DNA of 64,000 nucleotides from Gekko japonicus (taxonomy: Eukaryota), in assembly GCF_001447785.1 (NCBI RefSeq), contig NW_015167064.1, positions 667,619-731,618 of the forward strand. Direction: 5' to 3'. The notes beneath the pieces were generated by a model. The model was given only the letters and a program-made list of their open reading frames with translations. It made no database searches and was not told the DNA's origin. The position numbers were made by a program, and so were the translations under genes. This document shows, piece after piece, positions 50,182 through 62,675 of the stretch (its first letter is position 1; each line of letters starts with the position of its first letter).

Positions 50182-50460
50182 CTAAAACTGCTGCGAGCAT
50201 GACTGGGTGTTCCTGTCCATGGCATCTTTGAAAGTCTGCCAGTCCATTCTAGTCTCTTCCAGCATGCAGTCATATTGCTTCCCCTCAGCTGCCATCAACT
50301 CCCCATGATTCTGTGTGGAACTCTGCTCTTCATGCTCACATTGGTGAAGCATCTGCTGTGTGACATCTGTGAGCAAGGCAACATGCATTCTTCTGTTCCG
50401 GGCACTGGACAAACATGTGGCTGGAAACATCTGTCCTAGTGGCATCTCCTTCTGTCCCTC
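50182..50460 (-). mobile_element. Possible relic of a PIF/Harbinger Myb/SANT accessory-protein C-terminal coiled coil
   Basis: Peptide PATCLSSARNRRMHVALLTDVTQQML...EETRMDWQTFKDAMDRNTQ resembles, from memory, the SPAERL..R.RRR-plus-coiled-coil tail of reptile Harbinger accessory ORFs. Not database-checked. Confidence 0.4.
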
Positions 50461-51372
50461 AGGGTTGTCAGCTATAAGCAGAACAAGTGTTTTCTTTACA
50501 AATGTTGCCCACCACAATGTCCAAGGTCAGCATAAAGTCACCATCCATGGCCAGGCAGCCTCAATGCAGGCCATAGATTTCATGATGGCTACATTGCATT
50601 TTCACAAATGGAATACATGTGTCACAGGTGCTTCAAAGTCATTCCCCATTTTTGTGTCTAGAAAACCAAAATTGACTAACCAATTGATGAAAGTGTCTGT
50701 CATGCTCACCCAACCAAACTCTACTATGTAGTAGGATGGGGTGGAGTGCAGAGATGAAAAGAACATTGCTTCAATTACATAATTTCAGGGTATCATGACT
50801 TCAAGCTGTGGGAAATCCAATCTCATAAGGCAAAAGCAAGTCTGACCTGGAATTTCTCCTGTGTTGGTATTTGCTGGCAATGGTTGCGGGGTGAGCAGCT
50901 GTACTTGTCCTGTTTCTCCTGACAGGCCTCCTAAATCTATTTAATTCCATGTAACATGCATTTAGAACTGCAAGGTAATCCCTACCCCCACTACCACCAT
51001 TTGAACATAAGCCTGTAGATATACTAGCACTCAAACTTCTTTAATTTGGATTGCCTATTCCTATTTATCTGTATATTTTCCTAAGGAGTATATTTCTTGG
51101 GGTGCAGAGATGATCACAGAATGAGCGGAAACATGAATGTGTGTGCAGGAGAATCTTCCATTGCATTTAAAAGGTTATTCATGATTCTTTGGAGTCCACT
51201 TATCTTACATTGGGGTGTGAATGTCAATTCCTTTTGATCATGGCCTCAGCAGTAGCCATAGCCCATTACATAGGTAATATTTGTTTCTGAGGAAAGCAAC
51301 TGACTGGTAAAGAAGATTTGTCATAGAAGTCTAAAATCTTCTTCCTTTAGACAGTTGTGTTTAATCTTTCTT

Positions 51373-52062
51373 CTCTGTCTTAAAAGATACCTAAAGAGCT
51401 TAGATAGAATCTAACCAAAGTTAAGTACTTTTAAGTCTTTACCAATTTTATTCATAGCATCAATGCTTAACAGTGCAATGCTAAACAGCGTGATATCTTT
51501 CTAAGTCCATTGAAGCATATATTTCCTACTGAGATCAATTGGCTTAAAACAATGACATTGCGTGGATCGTGCCATATTTGGAAGTGTTTTTCAAAAAAAA
51601 CCCCAAACCATTGTTGGTTCCCCCAAACACCTATATTCCTCACTTTTATAATGTCTTTCCTTTTTAATATTCCACCTGGGAAGATAGTCCCCATCTTGAC
51701 ATGGCCAGTCTGACCACTTGGACTCTGTCTTAAAAGATACCTAAAGAGCTTGGATAGAATCTAACCAAAGTTAAGTACTTTAAAGTCTTTACCAATTTTA
51801 TTCATAGCATTAAGTGCAATGCTAAACAGAGTGATATCTTTCTAAGTCCATTGAAGCATATATTTCCTACTGAGATCAATTGGCTTAAAACAATGACATT
51901 GCCTGAATCATGCCATATTTGGAAGTGTTTTTCAAAAAAAACCCAAACCATTGTTGGCTCCCCCAAACACCTATATTCCTCACTTTTATAATGGCCTTCA
52001 TTTTTAATATTCCACCTGGGAAGATAGTCCCCATCTTGACATGGCCAGTCTGACTACTTGGA
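51373..52062. repeat. Two-copy tandem duplication, about 350-bp unit
   Basis: 51373-51722 and 51723-52062, with several substitutions and an indel. Confidence 0.95.
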
Positions 52063-52680
52063 TCCATGCAGTGGTAACATCGAGACTAGACTACTGTAAT
52101 GCACTCTACATAGGTCTCCCCTTGAAGTCAGCTGAGAGACTCCAGCTGGTGCAGAATGCTGCAGCTCAGTTATTATCAGGAGCTAGGTGGAGCATGCCTA
52201 TTACTCCATTGGCTGCCCATCAGTTACTGGGCTCAATTCAAGGTATTGACTACCACAGAGAAAGCCTGCATATCTGTGGGACCATCTCTCCCCTTACACT
52301 GCACCATGACAGCTTTGCTCATTGGAGCAGAAAGCCTGCATATCTGTGGGACCATCTCTTCCCTTACACTGCACCACGACAGCTTTGCTCATTGGAGCAG
52401 GCCCTCCTGCAGGTGATACCCTGCAAATGAGCAAAATCAACACACCTGGAGAAGTTGGCATAACAGTCCTCCTGCAGGTGATACCCCGCAAATGAGCAAA
52501 ATCAACAAATTTCTGTACATGCGCATTCTCTGTAGTGTTCCTTGCCTTATGGAATGATGAGGTCAGGAAGGCTCCCGCCCTCCCTGGCTTTCTGCAAACT
52601 GTGCATTCTTGAATTATTTAGGAGGCCTTTTTTACACAGGTAATTAGGTCTGCTCTGTAATGCAATTTTGCAGAAAGATG
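52015..52680 (+). mobile_element. L2 LINE ORF2 fragment with internal 70-bp and 40-bp duplications
   Basis: TWIHAVVTSRLDYCNALYIGLPLKSAERLQLVQNAAA..LHWLPI is the diagnostic L2 post-RT region. Confidence 0.92.
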
Positions 52681-52697
52681 CTTTGATAATTATATAG

Positions 52698-52997
52698 GGA
52701 GCCCGTTCGGTGTAGTGGTTAAGTGTGTGGACTCTAATCTGGGAGAACCAGGTTTGATTCCCCACTCCTCCACTTGCACCTGCTGAATGACCTTGGGCAA
52801 GCCATAGTTCTGGCACAGCTGTCCTTGAAAAAGAGCAGTTTCTGTCAGAGCTCTCTCAGCCCCACCTACCTCACAGGGTGTCTGCTGTGGGGCGGGGAAG
52901 GGAAAGGAGCTTATAAGCCACTCTGAGACTCCTTTGGGTAGTGAAGGGTGGGGTATAAATCCAATCTCCTCCTCCTCCTCCTCCTCTTCTTCTTCTT
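52698..52997 (+). mobile_element. Squam3-type SINE
   Basis: Full head, CORE and tail. Confidence 0.92.
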
Positions 52998-53674
52998 GGT
53001 TGTCTCATCCTGTCAACTTACTTTGTGCAAACCCCTTGAGTCTGTGAGAGAGGTGGACTATAAATTACATACAAAAAATAATTAATGTTAATGTGAATTC
53101 ATTGTATTAATGTTACATCTAACCACCAACTGCAGGGTGCGAGAAAGCTTTTTCTCAAACCATTTGCCTCAATGAGACTGCCTTCCGGACAGATTGTGGC
53201 ATGTGTGTTTTTTAAGGAACACCTTTAAAAATATGTGTTCCTCTGTTCATAAAATGATATTAACTATCAATAGATGTTTCCAAACCATTGGCTTTGATCA
53301 TTTACATTCAGACCACAAACTAGCACAGCCCATTGTAATCAATGGCCATCAACAAGACATTGACTTTTGTGCCGGATTGCAATCAGACACCTACATGCTC
53401 AAAAGTAAGTCCTGTGATAAAGGCCTCACTCTCCAACAAGCATGCCTAGGATTACAGCCCGACACAGCTGCAAATGGTTTTTATGCAGCCTTAAGAGAGG
53501 AGGCTTCCTGTGCCCTTAGAGATGACCTGGTCAGTCTGCTGCAGCAGACATAAGGCTTTGGCACAACATATCAGCAATATTGTGGATGGTCAAGGAGGCG
53601 CCTGTTATAAAAATATACACTGAAATACAACTGGAGGACTGCTTTTTCTCAAAGGCTAACGTAATGCATTCCTT

Positions 53675-53862
53675 NNNNNNNNNNNNNNNNNNNNNNNNNN
53701 NNNNNNNNNNNNNNNNNNNNNNNNNNNNNNNNNNNNNNNNNNNNNNNNNNNNNNNNNNNNNNNNNNNNNNNNNNNNNNNNNNNNNNNNNNNNNNNNNNNN
53801 NNNNNNNNNNNNNNNNNNNNNNNNNNNNNNNNNNNNNNNNNNNNNNNNNNNNNNNNNNNNNN
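53675..53862. other. Assembly gap (N run)
   Basis: 188 Ns. Confidence 1.
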
Positions 53863-55067
53863 GAGACGCTAAGCAATTTAAAAAAAACATGCATGTAATA
53901 AATGTCTTTTACAAATTACAGCACTCTTATTTTCTTACAGTAAATCAAGCTGGGCCATAATGTACAAGTGGTCTCATTGCTGAAATGTCAAAAATAGAAC
54001 CTGCCTTACAATGCAGTCCTAAATAGAGTTACACCCCTTTAAGCCCATTAATTTCCGTATGTTTAGAAGGGTGTAACTCCATCTACGATTGTACTGTTAT
54101 TCTCCTATGGTAATTCCTCAAATCTAAACCAGCAGTGTGGCACTGACAGTCTATAAACCATCTACCTGGATACTGATCAGTTTTAAGGTAATTGTCTGTG
54201 TTCCAATAGACATATTTTTGAAGTCAGTGGAGGTGAACATATATTAAAACCTACCAAAGTCCTCATTCTGAATTTCCTTGAATAATTTCTGGAGTCAATA
54301 AGGAATTGGTATTCAACCCAGCTGAAATGATTGCTGAAGGTGGTCTGTTGCATTTACCATAGAATTGTCAGCTGGCCTGTTCCAAACAGGATTCAACTCC
54401 CCATAAAGAAACAGGTGGCATTCAACAGATTGCATCTGTGGCCAGGAGCACTTTTTTGAGGCTCGACCAGGTGCCCAGGTTTTACCAACTTTTTGTTATG
54501 ATAAACTGATCACAATGCTCTCTAACCTTGTTCACAAGTTATATTGGACACACATACAATCCGTGTACAATGAACACTTGATTTTTATTTATAGATGTGT
54601 TGAATACAGGGCCGTAGTCAACGATGGGGTTTTAGGGGCAAAGTACCCCCGCAATTAGGGCAAAGCCCCACTGCACCACAAACTTTCCCCACCCCCACCC
54701 TCCACCAGCCAGTGAGATGGGCCATCGGCTCTCTGAGAGCCTCCAACCAGCTAGAGGGCCCTTTAAATCTAGCAAAAGGGAGGGAGAGGGGTGTAATATG
54801 GGCTCTAGAAATCACAGCTTAGACTTTTTGGAAACTGGAAGTGGTTAGAATGTTTATTAATTGGGAATAAGTAATTATTTGGAATATTTAAACCTTTGGT
54901 CTTGAGAATATAAGAACATTTTCACCTAGCACTTAAAATCCAGTAATCTTGGCTCCAGACAAAGAACTGAAGAGAAGTAGTTGTACAAAGTACCACAACA
55001 GAATATGCTCATTCTTGTTTGCTACCCAGCTTCTCTAGCTGGGGGGCACACATAGCAGGGACTATGT

Positions 55068-55364
55068 TAGGGTTGCCAAATATGTTTTGGCCGGGAGCAG
55101 GGGGCTCCCGGCCGGTGTCTGTAATGTGCGCGCGCACGTCACCCGGAAGTGACGTCGCACGCTGGGGGCGGGGCCACGCCATTTGAGGGGAAAACTCTTT
55201 GTTTCCCCCTCAAATGGCATGGCCCCGCCCCCAGCGTGCAACATCACTTCCGGGTGACACGCACGCGGGAGGTGGGGTTTCCCTGGGCCCCGATTCCGCG
55301 GGAGTGGAAAGCGGGGCTCGAAAGCGGGGGGAAATCCGCCCCCTGGGGGCATTTGGCAGCCTTC
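55068..55364. mobile_element. hAT MITE (same subfamily as 24103-24431, opposite orientation)
   Basis: Ends tagggttgccaaat / atttggcagccttc; perfect 8-bp TSD gactatgt. Confidence 0.92.
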
Positions 55365-55436
55365 GACTATGTTCAAAATTTTGGCTGATGGGCCAATTCA
55401 TATGGGAGGCTTTAAAGGTAAGAAGAACCAGCATTT

Positions 55437-55870
55437 GTGTATTTATTTATTTATTTTATTTTAAACATTGTTGAACTCAAGGCAGCTTACAATATAAATA
55501 AAATATTATAAAAACACAATAAAACAGTAATGATAAAGCCCATAAAAGTCACCATTTAAAAATTCTAATTAGGACTGCCAATAATTAAAGCTAAATCAAT
55601 CAAAATGCAGTCCTAAATACTTGACCTGCATCCTAAAGACTGAGAGTGAGAGGGCCAGGCACACCTCCCTGGAGAGGTTGTTCCATAATTGTGGGGCTGC
55701 CATGGACCCAACCAGATGAGCATTTTAATTGGTGGGACAGACAGGAGGGCACCTTCCCACAATCTGAATTCCTGGGCAGGAATGTATGGGAGAAGACAGT
55801 CCCTCAGATACCCCACCCAAGTCCCAAACCAGGTAGAACTTTAAATGACAAAAGGACAGTTGTTTAAATA
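55437..55870 (-). mobile_element. L2 LINE 3' fragment
   Basis: (ttta)n tail and ctcaaggcagcttaca; minus-strand peptide GYLRDCLLPYIPAQEFRLWEGALLSVP. Confidence 0.8.
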
Positions 55871-57040
55871 CTGGAAAGATAATTTGGGTTGGATCCAGAC
55901 TAAACTGGCTAAGTCTGCTATTTCCCCCTTCCTCCTGCATATCCCCCCATAATTCCTTAGAATCCCATATCTCCCAGGAACAACCTTCTACAGAGACTAG
56001 TGGGTTGCTGTAGGAAGGGACAGGCAGGAAAATTCAATTCAGCCACTGGAAAATTAAGTCTGGATTAGGGGTCCAGGTCTCCCACTTCCTTCCTTGGCTC
56101 TCTGTTCCCCATCACCTCTTGAAAGCCCAGTGGGGGGAATGTGATGATCTCCTCCAAGCCACCCCAATGTGTGACATCACTTTTGGAATCAAAATGAAAG
56201 TATAGTCATTGCACTGGGGCAATGCACGACATCAATTCTGGTGTCATGTTGGGGTAATGCTCTAGCATTCACCCAAAGCTCTACGGTTAAATCATGGTGA
56301 CTCCTACAGCATTGCCCCAACATGACACCAGAATTGATGTTGTATATTGGCATGATGCCAAAAAGATCATTCTCACCCATCAATTTTTCTCCCTTCCCCC
56401 AATTTCTCCTACTCTGGATCCAATCTATTCTTTACCATCTATCCTAGCCAGCATTTTGAGGTTAAGAACCAGCACTTTCAATTGTGCCTGGAAATTAATT
56501 GGTAGACAGTGCAGATCTTTCAAAGTGATGAGATATTTATCTTTAAAACATATGTACACTACAGCTCACACCAGTCATGCTGCTGTGTTTTGAACTAATT
56601 GAAGCTTCTGAACGATGTTCAAAGGCAACTCTAGACAGAATTCACTGCAATTATTTAAGCATGCTGAAGGACTGGCCTAAACAGGCAGCAGAATGAGGTG
56701 TCAGAGTGCTGAGTTCGTAGAATGGACTACATCACTTCCCAGTGTAGAAAAGGGATTTTGGTTCTTTAAATTCCTTGAGATTAATAATTCTCTGTAAGGG
56801 GAACCCTCTGATGAGCTGTGCTAGAAATTTTCTCCCTGATAGTGCTATTTTTTAAATTTCCTTTGAGTTTTTGCATGGGGAACATTAAAAATGTGATCCT
56901 CCCCAGTCCCCACGTGCAGCCTGAAGTGGTGCAGCACATTCAGTTGCCACAAGATTCTACCACTTTTTCCTGTTGCATCTGTACCAACTGTGGGCAGATC
57001 CTGATTTTCACGGAAGGGCTGCAGAGCTGCACCAATCAAA

Positions 57041-57331
57041 AGAAGAGAGAAGAAGAGAAGAGATTGGATTTATACCCCACCCTTCACTACCCAAAGGTGT
57101 CTCAGAGTGGCTTACAAACTCCTTTCCCTTCCCCTCCCCACAACAGACACCCTGTGAGGTAGGTGGGGCTGAGAGAGCTCTTGACAGAAACTGCTCTTTT
57201 TTCAAGAACAGCTCTTATCAGAACTACAGCTTGCCCAAGGTCATCCAGCCAGGTGCAAGTGGAGGAGTTGGGAATCAAACCCGGTTCTCCCAGATTAGAG
57301 TCCGCACACTTAACCACGACACCAAACTGGC
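57041..57331 (-). mobile_element. Squam3-type SINE
   Basis: Reverse complement of the 36227-36521 type. Confidence 0.92.
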
Positions 57332-59360
57332 AAAGTTCACTAAAAATACTAAGGAATACAAAAGAGACCTGAGCTCCCCCTAAGCAGCTGTGCTTGCCAC
57401 AGGGCTATGTAGTATACAGAACTAAACAGCAACAGATTAAGGGTTCTAATCCTCCACATGTTTGACTCTCTTGAGTCCATCAATCTATCATTTCCTAGTC
57501 AGAAATTGCATTTAGCCATCATAAACCATCATGAATCTGGTTAATTGCTTGGCCTACCAAATTCTTCCTTCCCCTCGTCTCATAAAGCACACTGAGATTG
57601 AATGCAGAAGTCTTCAACTAACTCCAGTCAGTTGTGTGACATCCAGCCATCACCTGATCAAATTGAAGTTAGTAAATAGGTTAAAATCCAAGTTACTGGG
57701 AAGGAAACATGCCCCAAGTTGTACAGACACCCCCTTCTGACATCACAGTTAATAAGAGATAATTGAAAATATCTTTCTTCTATCTTGGTGCCTTGCGCAA
57801 TTTGGGGGGGGGGCAGAAATCTGACAATCAACCAACCAAGGTGTGCTTGTCATGTGCAAATGCATCACAAGATGAGATCCTGTTATAAAATGCCTTACTG
57901 TCTTACACCTTGGCTTAGTACGTCCATCAAAGATGGCCCATCTGCCTCAGAACCATTTCATCTGTGCTCAGGTCTTTCATATTAACTTTGTAATGTAAAA
58001 ATTGCCAGCACAAAGTCCTGAATGGGGGGGGGGGATGTAAAGCTATTTCCAACCCATAACAGGAGTCTGAAATTCATCTCCCTCTCATCTTGGAGTCCCT
58101 GGTGCCATTTAGGTTAGGAATCAACTTGCATTTCTTATTTTTAATACCACTAACCCTTTCCCATAAGCGAAGCAATTGGTTGTGAGAGGTACTGAAAAAC
58201 ACTTGACAAATCATCAGGCTGACTCTTCTGGCAAGTTGCCCATGCCTGTGATACTTCTGGACATTAATTTGAATGGAAGAACCTGTAACAAATGGCTGAT
58301 CTGTGTTTGAAGGCAATTTTTTTTAAAAAAAGCCACTCATTTAGCTCACCGTAATTGAGAGCACTCCTCCTTTCTATCTCGTTGAGATTGCCCTCCAGGA
58401 AATCAGGTACAGAAATCCTCCTCCTCTTCAGCCTGGCTCCACTGGATAGTAGTAGCTGGAAATTCATTGGTGCAAATCCCCATGGAGGCCAGGAAGAGGT
58501 TTGCTATGCTAGGGAAGAGAGGATTTGTATTCCCAGCTGCCTTGGCAAAAAGACAGACTAAGCAATATTTCAGGAAATGGGGAGTTTAAATGAGCAGCTG
58601 ATATCTTGCTGTGTTTTACATTCTTGTAGATTAAGCCTTTCCTTCCTTACCGAACCACAAGGAAAAGTATGCTTCGCCTGCCAACAGTTCAGCGCACCTG
58701 CAGATTGTTATCATGTGGGGTGACAAAAGAAACACCTGGGCAGAAAAGCTAAGGGAGTAAGCAGAGTTCAAACAGGTGTTGCTGTCTGCCGAGCACGTCA
58801 TCCTCTGGCTGCAGGATGGAAACCCAAGACAGCTGCCAAGGATTGCAGAGTCATCCACACATCAATTTTGTGCAAAGACACCCTCACTCTATAACATAGA
58901 AAGAGCCAAAGGGTTTGGGAAGAGATCTAAAAGAAGCAGAACAACATTTTGCTTAATGCATCTGGGGTGCCTTCTGCTTACAGGTATAGGGGAGCTTGGA
59001 AGGATCTCTCTGCTTGATATGGCAATCTTCACATATGTGCCAATGCCCATGTGGTTTGCAGGTTCAAAACAGCAAACTGTCCCTCTGACAGATACGTCCT
59101 TCTTTCTTCTTAGCACTTTCAGCCATCTGTATATGCTGGAAATAATCACATCATTCTCATCTAGTATTTTGAAGTCCTTATAATGCACTATGCACTGCAA
59201 TGCAGTCAGTAGTAGACAAATTTCTGGCTAAAACCTTATAATCTAAATTTGTGGCTGGACATGGGATTTGACAAGCCTGTAGTACTCTGCAGAACTGTCT
59301 GTTTTCCATCAGTGCTTCAGTGTAGCAATAGCGCTATCTGAAAAAGGTTGCTTGAGATAA

Positions 59361-60093
59361 TGGCCCATTACGCACGCACATCTTACTGCAGATTTTCAGA
59401 GCAGTAAGCCTTTAATCTTGACTTCAGATTCTGAGCCCATCTTATGCACCATTATTTTCCCTCTGGTGTATTTATTCTGCAGCTACAATTTTATAAACAC
59501 ACTTTTCTAAATCAGGGTGGAACATCACTTGTGACATGTGGAGGGTGGTGACCAAAGTTGTTGTTTTTTAATTACACAATTTTCCTGTTGCAACTGCACA
59601 GTAGCGTCCAGCAAGCGCCTTCCATTTAAATGCTTGTGGATTCTTTTGCACATGCATTTAGTGTTAATACACATGCATTTTAGTGTAAATCCTTTTGCAC
59701 ATGCATTTTAGTGTTAGTTTGCTGAATGAAAGGGAACAAAAAAGAATTCAGGCAAAGGGGGAGAACCCAATGTTGAAATTGCAAGACATTTTTTAAAAAA
59801 CAGACAAGCAGCTGTGAAGCCCTATTTTCCATATTGTGGAGTACCAGGGGATTCTCTGCTGTGTTACCAGCCACTGCATATTATGATCTCATAATATGGG
59901 GGGACATGTTTACTGTACAGAATGCATGGTAGAACCCACTGACACTGGCATTGCAAGCTGTGATAATTGGCAACATGTGTGTGTGCACGCGTGTGTGTGC
60001 CTGTGTAAAGTCAGCTGCAATTCCACCACAACTACTTTGTTCACTAAAGCATGAAAGGGAAAAAATGTTTTCAAAACTTTAGGCTTCCCATCC

Positions 60094-60132
<39 letters not shown>

Positions 60133-60580
60133 AACCTTTTTTTTTTCCACTGGGGATGCTGCCGTTTGCCTCCTCTCCAATCTCCCTTTCAAGTCAATAC
60201 CAGCAAGGAACCAAACCTCACTCAGCTCCTTTTAAACTCCCCCCTTGTTGCTTTAATTTTTTTTATTCAGTGATCTGAGACTAGTAAATAGTCTCATGGT
60301 GGATGGTAGAAGGTGGAGATTGGGCAGAATGACCTCAATGTGGGTGGGGAGTAAGCTTTGAGGGGTGGCAAAAGGGTGGGGGGAAATCTGAAGGAATCTG
60401 GATGCTTTTGAATTACCTTCAGCTTGGAAGCAAAGCAAGGGAAAAAACGGCACAAAAGCACTCTCAGAAAACCTGGAAAAACAGCAAACAGAAGTGAGGA
60501 AAATCAATGCAGAATGACAAAGAAAACCCGACAGATATGCACAGTGAAAGTGAGGGAAAACACCTGTGCATAATAGGCCA
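59361..60580. mobile_element. Probable non-autonomous PIF/Harbinger element (about 1.2 kb)
   Basis: Inverted termini tggcccattacgcac / gtgcataataggcca (13/15 match); the TSD is not clean. Confidence 0.5.
60097..60131. repeat. (CT)n microsatellite
   Basis: Direct reading. Confidence 0.95.
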
Positions 60581-60619
60581 GTGGGAGAAGTTCCACACAC
60601 AATGTCTACAACAGGACAT

Positions 60620-61540
60620 TTCCAGCCTACTTAAAGTAGGTTGGTCAGACTTTCTGGGTTAGAACACTGAACCAGCACTGGGGGAACTAGCCAAGAGATA
60701 ACATTATAAGACATTTCTGGTTGAAAATGAATATCAGGACCCATTTCCATCAAGGTTCCATACAGGTTGGCTTGGCCACTCAGATGGTGTGGGAAGCAGA
60801 CACTGTTGATCCTTCTGGACCTCTCAAAAGCCTTTGATAACATTAACAGTATTATCCTGGAAGGATTGGAAGTGGTGGTCCTACATTTCAGTGGGGTTTT
60901 CCCCCTACTGTATTGAGTGTATTTCCCTGGTTTCATTTCTGTATTATTCCAGTATGCCATAATTATGGTTTACCCAGAGGAGTTTCTAAAAGTAAATTCA
61001 GAAGTGGAGCACATGCACTGAACCCTATCAGTTTCTTCTTTCATTTGCATACAAAGCTCCACATTACAATGAATCAAGATTCCTTCAAGCAATGTTTTAT
61101 GCATGCAAGTCTGTTGAAAATACAGAAGAGAAAAGACACAAGGTAAAGTTGTGGTGAAATCCACATGCCTAATGTTTTGTGCATAATTCAGAAATGAAAA
61201 ATAGAACATCTTTGGAACAGAAGACCAGAAGAGAAGACCATTTTTGGAATTCAGAATTGCAAAAATTGGAGGAAAAAATCAGATGAGGACCTTTTCAGAA
61301 GGATCACTATTTTCTACCATTCAGGAAGGTTCCAGATGATGACGCTTGGGGTAGCAATTGTCTCCCTTGGAAGCTGTTTTGTGGGGCATCACAGGGATCC
61401 ATCTTATGCTTGTTAACCTCTATACTTAAAACTACTGGGGAAAGTTGTGTAAGCCTTTGGAGAATGAAGTGTCATCAGTGTACTGATGTCCAGAGGTATT
61501 AAGGTGCTGAATGAGGGCTAACAAATTGAACTGCAGAGAA
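60620..61540 (+). mobile_element. Degraded L2 reverse-transcriptase fragment, interrupted at about 60890-61320
   Basis: TLLILLDLSKAFD at about 60800-60840. CGASQGSIL (GVPQGS motif) at about 61380 and CHQCTD (HQYADD motif) at about 61470. Confidence 0.75.
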
Positions 61541-61564
61541 AAGAGAGTGAGATACACATATATA

Positions 61565-61975
61565 CTCAACATGAAGCTGCCTTACCCAAATATCTCAAGA
61601 CTGTTGTCTGTCCAGTAGGCAATGCATGAACACCTGAAGCTGCCTTATACTGAATCAGACCATCACTCCATCTAGGTAGTGTTATCTACTCAGGCAATCT
61701 ACTAGGATTATCTACCCAGGATCTCAGATGGAGGTCTTTCACATAAGAACATAACATAAGAACATAAGAGAAGCCAATGTCGGATCAGGCCAATGGCCCA
61801 TCCAGTCCAACACTGTCACACAATGGCCAAAAATACCAGGTGCCATCAGGAGGTCTACCAGTGGGGCCAGGACACTAGAAGCCCTCCCACTTCTAGTAGT
61901 ACTTGGCCCTTTTAACTGGAGATGTCAGGGATTGCGCATGCCAAGCAGATACTCTACCATTGAGCCATGGCTCCT
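61565..61975 (-). mobile_element. tRNA-derived SINE (Squam2-like) split by a CR1 3' UTR (61741-61890)
   Basis: gaagctgccttatactgaatcagacc...ggaggtctttcacat | CR1 | ttttaactggagatgtcagggattg...ctctaccattgagcca. Confidence 0.75.
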
Positions 61976-62251
61976 CCATGAAGAGGATGCTGACTTCTCT
62001 TGGACTAGAAATCATTGGTGAAACAGAAGGACAATTTCTAGACACAGTATTTATCCCACCACCCAGTCCTTCTTGTGTATTTATAAAACGTACATGACTA
62101 AATACACTGCAATAGCACTATCAGAAAAAAAGTTTCTTAAGATAATAAGAAAAGTTGCACAATAGGACAATGCCTAAAAAAAACTGAAAAGATTCAGGAA
62201 TTCAGTGCGGCAGCAAAATAGAGAGGGTTGAGGGTGGTAAGGGAGACAGAT

Positions 62252-62503
62252 GAGCCAGCATGGTATAGTGGTTACAAGCAGCAGAGTCTAATCTGGAAAA
62301 CTGGGTTTGATTCCACAGGCCTTCGCACGAAGCCTGCTGAGTCATCTTGGGCCAGTCACAGTTCTCTCAGAATTCTCTGTGTCCCACCTGCCTCATAAGG
62401 TGACTGTTGTGGGGAAAGGAAGGGAATGCAATTGCAAGCCACTTTGACTCCTTAGGGTAGAGAAAAGTGGGGTATAAAAACTAACTCTGATGATGATGAT
62501 GAT
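62252..62503 (+). mobile_element. Squam3-type SINE (older copy)
   Basis: gagccagcatggtatagtggtt head, CORE, (GAT)n tail. Confidence 0.82.
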
Positions 62504-62675
62504 CCTGAACCAAGAGGGAGGGAGAGGAAGTTTGCTTGTCTTTTGTTTCTTTCCATGATTCCCAGCTAGGGTTGTAAACCAGCAACTGGCAACTAGTGTA
62601 AATCTGCAGGGGAGGGGCAGGGAGGCACTGGCTGTGGTCACACGGAGCATTAGGCATGCTAGAGAGATGGAAGAT

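Noticed and set aside
56205-56355. Long inverted repeat (also about 23640-23740 and 49800-49950)
   Set aside because: These are internal arms of decayed TAGGGTTGCC-family MITEs, not an independent structure.
58351-58540. Minus-strand exon-like signals (ttttgccaag acceptor, ACG|gtgagc donor)
   Set aside because: All three frames contain stops between the two sites and the peptide is unrecognised; no support for a coding exon.
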